Part shown: positions 1 to 6,167 of the stretch, piece after piece
How positions within the stretch are numbered: the stretch's first letter is position 1
Layout of the letters: each line of letters starts with the position of its first letter
From: a bacterium
GTDB lineage: Bacteria > Zhuqueibacterota > Zhuqueibacteria > Oceanimicrobiales > Oceanimicrobiaceae
DNA length: 10,137 nucleotides
Assembly (NCBI GenBank): GCA_046758365.1
Contig: JBHIAC010000123.1
Location: 1-10,137, forward strand
Reading direction: 5' to 3'
Notes under the pieces: model-generated
Database searches by the model: none
The model's input: the letters and a program-made list of their open reading frames with translations, nothing else
What the model was told of the DNA's origin: nothing
Made by a program: the position numbers and the translations under genes

Positions 1-361
1 AGATATGTTCAGTGTAAAGTTCACCATACGGATCCCTAAAGTTTTTTAAAATGCCATTGAAATCTGTAACTTCTTCGTTTGGTTTAAGATGATTAGGCAA
101 TACACATATATCTTGTTTCTTTAGCTTCAAAAATCCAGCAAGTTTCAATTCTCCGGTTGATTCACCTAATGTTGGCTTAATTAGTTTTTCATTCACACCA
201 TTTTTTATTAACACAGATTTAATAACATCGTGAAGTATATTAATCGGTCTGCCAGAATTGATCACACTTCTTTTGCCACTCTCTCCTTCAGAAGTTATTG
301 CATTTTCTATCAATGTTTTTATTTCTATTAAGGCTTCTTGAAGATTAATCAAATTCGGCAT
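1..361 (-). CDS. Partial CDS running off the left edge; probable Type II restriction endonuclease co-transcribed with the C protein
   Basis: Manual minus-strand translation from ATG at 361 gives 120 open codons to the edge (MPNLINLQEALIEIKTLIENAITSEGESGKRSVINSGRPINILHDVIKSVLIKNGVNEKLIKPTLGESTGELKLAGFLKLKKQDICVLP...YTEHI). It overlaps the C-gene end by 17 nt, the usual C-R operon layout. ELKLAGFLKLKKQDICV could supply the first acidic residue of a PD-(D/E)xK fold. The ORF is solid; the function is inferred from context. Confidence 0.65.
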   Translation of the reverse strand, partial: MPNLINLQEALIEIKTLIENAITSEGESGKRSVINSGRPINILHDVIKSVLIKNGVNEKLIKPTLGESTGELKLAGFLKLKKQDICVLPNHLKPNEEVTDFNGILKNFRDPYGELYTEHI

Positions 362-563
362 CGTCAAAAAATTCTTTGAGTGTTATATTTAACGCTTTGG
401 CAATTCTTTCAATGTTTACTATTGAAATATTTCTCTTTCCATTTTCTACACTTGTAATGTAAGTCCTATCCAGTTCTGAAAGATTAGCTAATTCCATTTG
501 AGAAATACCTACCTTTCCCCTCAATTCTTTTATCCGTTGTCCTATTTTCTGCTTAATTTCCAT
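345..563 (-). CDS. XRE/HTH_3 transcriptional regulator, restriction-modification controller (C) protein
   Basis: 72-aa HTH with SQMELANLSELDRTYITSVENGKRNISI. The LDRTYI recognition helix is as in C.Esp1396I-type controllers, and a C-box operator lies immediately upstream. Confidence 0.9.
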   Translation of the reverse strand: MEIKQKIGQRIKELRGKVGISQMELANLSELDRTYITSVENGKRNISIVNIERIAKALNITLKEFFDDAEFD

Positions 564-568
564 ATTTA

Positions 569-598
569 AATATACTTAAAATGTCGACTATAAGTCAA
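569..598 (-). promoter_or_regulatory. Sigma70-type promoter of the C-R operon, probably giving a leaderless transcript
   Basis: TTGACT (598-593), 18-nt spacer, TATATT (574-569). Only 5 nt separate the -10 from the ATG, and there is no Shine-Dalgarno. The -35 overlaps the gene-proximal C-box. Confidence 0.65.
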
Positions 599-615
599 CG
601 GACTATAGGTCACAT
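581..615 (-). promoter_or_regulatory. Double C-box operator (35 bp)
   Basis: Minus strand reads ATGTGACCTATAGTCCGTTGACTTATAGTCGACAT: two GAC-N-TATA-GTC boxes 15 bp apart, a central CGT and terminal ATGT/ACAT symmetry, ending 17 nt before the C-gene ATG. Confidence 0.9.
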
Positions 616-712
616 ACAAAAATAGCATTTCGTTTTTGCAATTTTTAAACTTATAGAGTTAATATCGAATAGGAATTCAATATGTAAATTGTTAATCCGT
701 TTTGCACCTAAC

Positions 713-853
713 GAGACTGTCGAAAAAGCCTAAGCCGTCACTGCGAGGAATGCCAATGACGACGCACTCCCCTTGCTTTAGGCACAGAATCTGGAGATTA
801 CTTCGTCACTTAGTTCCTCGTAATAACAAGAAGGGAGCTTTTTCGAAAGTATC
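713..853. mobile_element. MITE-like non-autonomous element with terminal inverted repeats and an internal palindrome
   Basis: GAGACTGTCGAAAAAGC (713-729) matches the reverse complement of 837-853 (GATACTTTCGAAAAAGC) at 15/17. AAC flanks both sides (710-712, 854-856). An internal imperfect inverted repeat spans 737-770/793-827. It is GC-richer than its flanks and has no ORF-track call. Confidence 0.6.
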
Positions 854-878
854 AACGGCGTGATTCTCGTGTTTTTGG

Positions 879-907
879 TTGATTTTGTGCTTTTTCATAG
901 TTATTTT
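879..907 (+). promoter_or_regulatory. Possible sigma70 promoter upstream of the truncated suhB copy and TA pair
   Basis: TTGATT (879-884), 17 nt, TATTTT (902-907). The AT-rich context makes a chance match possible. Confidence 0.3.
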
Positions 908-957
908 TAAATCAGTAGATTATCACCTAAAGACTGCTGCAAATGAAAACGATGGCC

Positions 958-1184
958 GAAAGATTTAATTATAAGGAAACACAGATGTTCTTAGAAACTG
1001 CTAAAGAAGCTGTACGTTTAGGCGGTAAAATTCTCATGGAAAGTTTAACAGGTCAAGAGCGCATGCAGATCGACCGAAAGCAGCGTTTTGATTTTGTGAC
1101 TCAGGTGGATCACCGTTTGGAAGCGGCTATTCTCGATTTCATCAAAGATCGTCATCCCGATCATAATATTTTAGTAGAAGAATC
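958..1184 (+). repeat. Direct repeat copy 1 of the suhB 5' region (partner 1801..2028)
   Basis: By-hand alignment of 985-1184 with 1829-2028 gives 20 mismatches in 200 nt, no indels, offset 844. Similarity extends about 27 nt upstream over the RBS region. Confidence 0.95.
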
Positions 1185-1209
1185 AGAAAAGTGTTCAAAC
1201 GAATCCTAA
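985..1209 (+). pseudogene. Truncated inositol monophosphatase fragment (N-terminal ~67 aa plus an unrelated tail)
   Basis: Near-identical to the N-terminus of 1829..2620 up to ILVEES, then EKCSNES-stop. It lacks the DPLDGT and WD catalytic motifs. The start is placed at ATG 985 behind AAGG by homology with copy 2 (ORF track starts at 943). Confidence 0.85.
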
Positions 1210-1472
1210 TTCGAATGCGGGAAAAAGTTCGCAGAAATGAATATGTAGTGACTTTCCATGCAAGAAAAGAAATGAATGATGAAAACATTACTGTATTTGA
1301 TGTTGAATCGGGAATTTTTACAGGTGAGATATTAGAGCGTCAAAAGGATCAAATAACAGCTGAATGGAAGTATCGTGTCAAAGGAAAAACTATTGCTGAT
1401 GGTGAGATTGAATTAATTGCTAAACTCAGTCCAACTGGTAAACTTGTTATTATAACTGTGTATGAACCATGA
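1191..1472 (+). CDS. DUF4258-family protein, putative RelE-like toxin
   Basis: 93 aa, GTG start. It has T-x-HA-x-x-EM near the N-terminus, KY-x-V-x-G and C-terminal VIITVY, the DUF4258 pattern. It has an ATGA overlap with a YgiT-finger gene. Confidence 0.8.
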   Translation: MFKRILIRMREKVRRNEYVVTFHARKEMNDENITVFDVESGIFTGEILERQKDQITAEWKYRVKGKTIADGEIELIAKLSPTGKLVIITVYEP

Positions 1473-1717
1473 AAAATAAAGGCAAACCAATGGTATGTGA
1501 TATTTGCGGGCAAGAAGGTGCACGAGTTCGCAGAGTTACTGAAGCTTTTGGCAAGGGTAAAGACATGCTGATTATAGAAAACATTCCTATGATTAGCTGC
1601 TCCAAATGTGGTGAGAGTTATTTTACAGCAGAAACACTTCACAAGGTTGAGCGCATCAAACTTCATCGGAAAAGCTTTGCTGTGGAACGCCCCGTGCCAG
1701 TAGCTTCATTTGCATAG
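1469..1717 (+). CDS. YgiT-type zinc-finger protein (MqsA N-terminal-like), putative antitoxin
   Basis: CDIC ... IIENIPMISCSKCGESYFT (two CxxC pairs) with no C-terminal HTH. An alternative start is ATG 1490. Confidence 0.85.
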   Translation: MKNKGKPMVCDICGQEGARVRRVTEAFGKGKDMLIIENIPMISCSKCGESYFTAETLHKVERIKLHRKSFAVERPVPVASFA

Positions 1718-1748
1718 CAATAGAAAAAGGAAAGTGGCTTGATCTCAA

Positions 1749-1776
1749 TTGCAACATCGATTTAATTAACTACGAT
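1749..1776 (+). promoter_or_regulatory. Possible sigma70 promoter for the intact suhB
   Basis: TTGCAA (1749-1754), 16 nt, TACGAT (1771-1776), about 50 nt upstream of ATG 1829. Confidence 0.3.
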
Positions 1777-1800
1777 GCATCTGAGTTAGAAGAAGAGCTT

Positions 1801-2028
1801 GAAAGATTTTAAGTATGAGGAAACACAGATGTTCTTAGAAACTGCTAAAGAAGCCGTGCGGTTAGGCGGTAAAATTTTAATGGAAAGCGTAGGAAGTCAG
1901 GAGCGCATGCAAATTGACCGAAAGCAGCGCTTTGATTTTGTGACTCAGGTGGATCACCGTTCGGAAGCTGCAATTCTCGATTTCATAAAAGATCGTCATC
2001 CCGATCATAACATTTTAGCAGAAGAATC
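1801..2028 (+). repeat. Direct repeat copy 2 of the suhB 5' region (partner 958..1184)
   Basis: See copy 1. Homology stops after GAAGAATC (1184/2028). Confidence 0.95.
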
Positions 2029-2620
2029 CGGAGGCACCGATCAGACCAAAGGGTATTTGTGGTTAGTGGATCCATTGGACGGCACTAAGAACTACATTCA
2101 CGGCTTCCCTATGTTTGCTGTTTCTGTTGGACTGATGAGTGAAGGACGATTAGTTTTAGGTGCAGTACTGGATCCTGTGCGCAACGAACTTTTTTATGCT
2201 GAAAAAGGTAAAGGGGCCTATCTAAATGGCACGCCCATCAAAGTCTCCAAGACAAATGATTTTTCTCAGTGCCTGCTTGCTACTGGATTTCCCTTTCGGG
2301 CAAAGCACTTAACGGATTCTTATTTTGAGGCTTTCATATCACTTTTTCACCAAGTTAGCGACCTCCGTCGGGCGGGTGCCGCTGCCTTGGATTTGGCCTA
2401 TTTAGCCTGCGGCCGCTTGGATGGTTTTTGGGAAATCACGCTCAAACCGTGGGATGTTGCCGCTGGAACCATTCTGATTGAGGAAGCCGGCGGTAAAGTA
2501 TCGGACCTTTGGGGAGGCGATACCCATTTGAAAACCGGGAATATTGTGGCCAGTAACGGGATCATTCATGATCAAATTACCAAGGTTGTGGGGCAGGTGT
2601 TTAAAAACATTTCGATTTAG
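1829..2620 (+). CDS. suhB: Inositol monophosphatase family protein (SuhB)
   Basis: Motifs DFVTQVD, ILAEE, WLVDPLDGTKNYIHG, RRAGAAALDLAYLACGRLDGFWE and KPWDVAAG. ATG 1829 follows GAGG and is preferred over the TTG at 1799 in the ORF track. Confidence 0.93.
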   Translation: MFLETAKEAVRLGGKILMESVGSQERMQIDRKQRFDFVTQVDHRSEAAILDFIKDRHPDHNILAEESGGTDQTKGYLWLVDPLDGTKNYIHGFPMFAVSVGLMSEGRLVLGAVLDPVRNELFYAEKGKGAYLNGTPIKVSKTNDFSQCLLATGFPFRAKHLTDSYFEAFISLFHQVSDLRRAGAAALDLAYLACGRLDGFWEITLKPWDVAAGTILIEEAGGKVSDLWGGDTHLKTGNIVASNGIIHDQITKVVGQVFKNISI

Positions 2621-2665
2621 AATAGCTTGCTAACTCTATTGATCATTAGATTTAGAATTTTCAAC

Positions 2666-2694
2666 TTGACATTACTTTCTAATTATTTTAAATT
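2666..2694 (+). promoter_or_regulatory. Sigma70-type promoter upstream of the AI-2E transporter
   Basis: Perfect TTGACA (2666-2671), 17 nt, TAAATT (2689-2694). Confidence 0.5.
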
Positions 2695-2795
2695 AATTAT
2701 AAGTTTGGGGGAAACCAAAGCCGCACTATAAATTACAAAGTAATACCTAACCTGGCTTAGCCGGAACCAAAAGGGAAAAGTTGTTTTGTTTTTCA

Positions 2796-2842
2796 TTTGG
2801 CAAAATAATTTCAATAATTTTGTCGTCAATCATTTTGTCAAA
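2796..2842. repeat. Imperfect palindrome with an internal short tandem duplication
   Basis: TTTGGCAAAATAATT (2796-2810) matches the reverse complement of 2828-2842 (TTTGACAAAATGATT) at 13/15. AAT(A/C)ATTTTGTC is repeated at 2813 and 2828. Confidence 0.5.
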
Positions 2843-2908
2843 CAAAGGTTTGAACATGCATTTGGATCTTTGTGTGATGGGCAAAAATTCAATTGATAAG
2901 AGATTAAT

Positions 2909-4114
2909 TTGAAATGGAAACAAAATTTGGCACGAATTGACTCGGAAAAGTGGAACTGGGTGCTCAGCGCGTCCTTATTGATTCTGTTGGCGGCGATTCT
3001 TTTTATTATGCGGGAATCTCTTTCGCCCTTGACTTTGTTTGCAGTCAGTTTTTTATTCCTATTTGTTTTTCGAAATACTCCAGTAGCGAAGAACTTGAAA
3101 TGGGTCTTTTTACTGCTGTTTGTTTTTTGGTTTGTTAGTACAGCCAGATCTATTTTAGCTCCTTTTGTACTTTCCTTCGTTTTTGCTTATATTTTTGACC
3201 CATTAGTGGATTTGCTGCAACGCTTGAAACTTCCGCGTGTGGTTGCTATCTTATTAATCGTTGTTTTGCTCATTGGATTAATTATCGTAGCTCTAATTTT
3301 TCTTATTCCGCAATTGGTTCAGCAGATTGGCGACCTGCTTGAGCAAACTTTAAGCTATGTCCCGAGGGTAAAAGAGTGGTTTCAAACCGACGTTCTCAAT
3401 TTCTTGGCCCGATTGAACATCGATGTCGAAAAAGTCAAACAGACGCTCTCCGAAGAACTGCCTAAACGCCTACAAGATATCTTAAGCACGTTTTTCCAAG
3501 GGGTTTTAAATGTTACCATCGGGGTAGGGACTGTAATCAGTCAAATTTTGAATCTTGTTCTAATCCCCGTATTGACCTTCTATTTTTTAAAAGATTTTGA
3601 TAACATTGTAACCAAAATAGGCTCTCTAATTCCGGTAGAAAAGCAGTTGTTGGTAAAAGATTATGCTCAAAAAATTGATCGAGCTTTAAGTGGATTTTTG
3701 AGAGGCCAATTGACGGTTTGTTTCATTGTGGCAGTTTTAACCACCTTGGGCCTGTTTGTATTCGGCATTAAATACGCGTTAATTCTCGGGATTACCGCGG
3801 GAGTGTTAAATATTGTTCCTTATGTGGGTTTGCTGGTAAGTCTGGGTTTGGCTTTAATTGTAGGCATTTTTAGTCCTGAACCAGTTTTGTCCTGTTTAAA
3901 AATTCTGGCTGTTTTTGGTGTGGTGCAATCTTTGGAAGGATCTGTCATTTCTCCTAAAATTGTAGGAGAAAGTGTTGGATTGCACCCAGCCTGGGTTATT
4001 TTTTCAATATTAGTGTTCGCTCAATTCTGGGGCTTTGTGGGCTTACTCATCGCCATTCCTGCCGCAGCAACGGTTAAAATTATGATTCAAAATTGGTATA
4101 GCCTGAAAAATTAA
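2909..4114 (+). CDS. AI-2E family transporter (PerM/TqsA/YhhT-like)
   Basis: 401 aa, multiple hydrophobic segments. Motifs PFVLSFVFAYIFDPLVD, FYFLKD, GFLRGQL, LNIVPYVG, ISPKIVGESVGLHP and GFVGLLIAIP. The TTG start position is uncertain. Confidence 0.92.
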   Translation: MKWKQNLARIDSEKWNWVLSASLLILLAAILFIMRESLSPLTLFAVSFLFLFVFRNTPVAKNLKWVFLLLFVFWFVSTARSILAPFVLSFVFAYIFDPLVDLLQRLKLPRVVAILLIVVLLIGLIIVALIFLIPQLVQQIGDLLEQTLSYVPRVKEWFQTDVLNFLARLNIDVEKVKQTLSEELPKRLQDILSTFFQGVLNVTIGVGTVISQILNLVLIPVLTFYFLKDFDNIVTKIGSLIPVEKQLLVKDYAQKIDRALSGFLRGQLTVCFIVAVLTTLGLFVFGIKYALILGITAGVLNIVPYVGLLVSLGLALIVGIFSPEPVLSCLKILAVFGVVQSLEGSVISPKIVGESVGLHPAWVIFSILVFAQFWGFVGLLIAIPAAATVKIMIQNWYSLKN

Positions 4115-4287
4115 AGAAATTTAACAAGGTATTTGCATATTCGGTAGGCATCGTTTAAATATCCAAATCTAATGTAGATACCCCTTCCTTAGTCTTTCCT
4201 ACCTTTTTATTCAAATCTAAAATAATTCATACTAATCTGCTTACAGGGATCAAATAATTTTACAGATGTTACAAAACCTTTAAAAAA

Positions 4288-4314
4288 GAAAGTTCTTTTA
4301 AAGAATGACGATAA
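4288..4314 (+). promoter_or_regulatory. Candidate sigma28 (FliA)-like promoter upstream of the Hpt gene
   Basis: GAAAGTTC-N11-GACGATAA versus consensus TAAAGTTT-N11-GCCGATAA: 13/16 with exact spacing. Confidence 0.3.
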
Positions 4315-4457
4315 AATTAATTGAATCTCACTTAATGATATCTAATAATGAAGGTGGGTTCAGGTTGCTTTCTGTTCAGATCGGTCAGGAAGCAATGAAT
4401 GTGTTTAAAGTCCAGGAGTATTCTTTAACTTTGAATGAGATGAAAAAGGAGGATTTT

Positions 4458-4769
4458 ATGAATGAAGAAGTCGTGGTGTATGTTGATTCCGATCTGGAAG
4501 ATTTAATACCTGGTTTTTTAGAGAATCGGTATAAGGATGTTGAAGTGATAAAAAAACTGCTTATGGAAGAAGATGTTTCTGAGATTCAAAGGCTTGGCCA
4601 CAGTATGAAAGGGGCTGGTGGAGGCTATGGTTTTGATGAGATCAGCGAAATAGGAAAAAGAATCGAGGAGGCAGCCAAAATCGGTGATGTAGGAAAGTTA
4701 GAGAGGTTAAACAATACTCTAGCCGGTTATCTTTCTTCGGTGAAGGTTGTCTATCAGGATGAAGAGTGA
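4458..4769 (+). CDS. Stand-alone Hpt (histidine phosphotransfer) domain protein
   Basis: DLIPGFLENR...IQRLGHSMKGAGGGYGFDEISEIGKRIEEAAK contains the H-x-x-KG motif. A strong AAGGAGG precedes ATG 4458 (103 aa), so the 4305 start in the ORF track is probably an over-extension. Confidence 0.9.
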   Translation: MNEEVVVYVDSDLEDLIPGFLENRYKDVEVIKKLLMEEDVSEIQRLGHSMKGAGGGYGFDEISEIGKRIEEAAKIGDVGKLERLNNTLAGYLSSVKVVYQDEE

Positions 4770-4883
4770 AAATTATTATTTAAAAAAAATTCTTCTCTTA
4801 AACATTACCTTCAGCAATTTTATTACAAAATCTTGCCATTGTTTCACCTCATGCTTTTTAAAATATTTTAAAATTCCAAAGTG

Positions 4884-4906
4884 TATTTATGGCACAACCA
4901 TAAATA
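4884..4906. promoter_or_regulatory. Perfect 9-bp inverted repeat, possible operator or hairpin upstream of the REC-PP2C gene
   Basis: TATTTATGG-CACAA-CCATAAATA, ending 25 nt before ATG 4932. There is no U-tract. Confidence 0.35.
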
Positions 4907-4931
4907 TCTAAATTATATATAGTAAAATGTT

Positions 4932-6143
4932 ATGCGCATCCTAATCGCTGATGATGATAATGATATAAGGCAGCTTTTAGCAAGGAGCCTCCAAAAATGG
5001 GGGCATGAGGTCCTTGCTGTGACCCATGGAGTCGAAGCATGGGAAATTCTGCAAAAAGAACAAATTAGCTTTGTCATCAGTGATTGGATGATGCCAAAGA
5101 TGGATGGTTTGGAACTGTGTAGGAAAATCAGAGCGGCCAATTTTCAAAGGTATATTTATATCATTCTTTTAACAGCTAAAGATGCAAAAAATGAACTAGT
5201 AGAAGGTATGGAGGCTGGCGCAGATGATTTTGTCGTTAAACCATTCAATAAAGGTGAATTAGATGTACGAATCAGAGCTGGCGAACGCATTTTAAAACTT
5301 CAAAAGGATTTAGAAGAGCGGAATAAAAAACTTAGTGAAGCTTACTCTGTAATGAGCAAAGACCTTGAAGCTGCGGCTGATATGCAAAAAAGTCTGTTGC
5401 CAAGTACGGCTTCGACCATCTCTGGAATAAAATTCGAATGGATTTTTTTGCCATGTACTTATGTTGCTGGAGATATTTTTAATTTTTTTCGCCTGGACGA
5501 GCATCATATTGGATTTTACCTGCTTGACGTTGCAGGCCATGGAATCCCGGCCGCTATGCAATCAGTAACCTTAAGTAAATTACTCTCCCCTTTGCCTTGT
5601 AAAAGCAGCCCCTTAAAATATTTTATACCAAAACCTCCGCATTATGCAATTTCACCACCGGCAAAAGCAATTAAGGAAATTAATCATCGCTTTCAAAGCG
5701 AGCATGATACTATGCAATACTTTACAATGATTTATGGCATTATCAATACTCCGAACAATAAAATAAAATTAAGTCAAGCCGGCCATCCTTGTCCAATTTA
5801 TTTGAAATCAGGTGATCAAGGGCTTTTGATTGGCTCGGGTGGCTTCCCAGTTGGTATGTTCCCGGATTTGGAGTACGACGATTACGAAATTGATTTTCAG
5901 CAAGGAGACCGACTCTTACTTTATTCTGATGGAATAACAGAATGCACTAATAAGCATAACCAACAGTATTCAATAAATCGTTTAATGAATCTTGTTGATG
6001 AATGTAGAAATAGGCCATTAAAAGATTTATTACACAACCTTAAACAAAGTCTATGTCATTGGAGAGGAAGTGATGAATTCCATGATGATGTTTCCATATT
6101 GGCAATAGAGAGAAATAGCCTGAAGTCCGTGAATAATAAATAA
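4932..6143 (+). CDS. Response regulator with C-terminal PP2C/SpoIIE Ser/Thr phosphatase domain (RsbU/RsbP-like)
   Basis: REC motifs ILIADD, ISDWMMP, LLTA and KPF, then a coiled-coil linker to MQKSLLP. PP2C motifs AGD, DVAGHG, AGHP, YSDGITE and DDVS. Confidence 0.93.
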   Translation: MRILIADDDNDIRQLLARSLQKWGHEVLAVTHGVEAWEILQKEQISFVISDWMMPKMDGLELCRKIRAANFQRYIYIILLTAKDAKNELVEGMEAGADDFVVKPFNKGELDVRIRAGERILKLQKDLEERNKKLSEAYSVMSKDLEAAADMQKSLLPSTASTISGIKFEWIFLPCTYVAGDIFNFFRLDEHHIGFYLLDVAGHGIPAAMQSVTLSKLLSPLPCKSSPLKYFIPKPPHYAISPPAKAIKEINHRFQSEHDTMQYFTMIYGIINTPNNKIKLSQAGHPCPIYLKSGDQGLLIGSGGFPVGMFPDLEYDDYEIDFQQGDRLLLYSDGITECTNKHNQQYSINRLMNLVDECRNRPLKDLLHNLKQSLCHWRGSDEFHDDVSILAIERNSLKSVNNK

Positions 6144-6167
6144 CTTAAATAGGGAGACTATTAAAAA

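Noticed and set aside
706..712. ACCTAAC (GTTAGGT on the minus strand) resembles an integron attC/attI core site at the edge of the R-M segment
   Set aside because: No matching complementary GTTRRRY box with attC stem geometry, even after removing the MITE-like element, and no integrase in the window.
737..827. Long hairpin considered as a tRNA, riboswitch or CRISPR repeat
   Set aside because: No cloverleaf, T-loop or repeat-spacer periodicity; better explained as the internal palindrome of the MITE-like element.
1349..1666. 105-aa minus-strand ORF
   Set aside because: Antisense shadow of the DUF4258/YgiT genes with no recognisable motif.
1746..1780. Cluster of short palindromes CAATTG, ATCGAT, TTAATTAA, ATGCAT resembling a polylinker
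   Set aside because: No vector context; compatible with chance or a weak hairpin in an AT-rich spacer.
958..2028. Diverged repeats considered as DGR template/variable repeats or shufflon sites
   Set aside because: Mismatches are not adenine-specific and fall mainly at synonymous positions; no reverse transcriptase or invertase is present.
2950..3138. 62-aa alternative-frame ORF
   Set aside because: Lies wholly inside the AI-2E transporter gene and has no independent support.
4305..4457. 51-aa N-terminal extension of the Hpt ORF
   Set aside because: The strong AAGGAGG before ATG 4458 and the Hpt domain boundary favour the shorter protein.
4890..4904. TGGCAC as a sigma54 -24 element
   Set aside because: The -12 position reads TAAA rather than TTGC.
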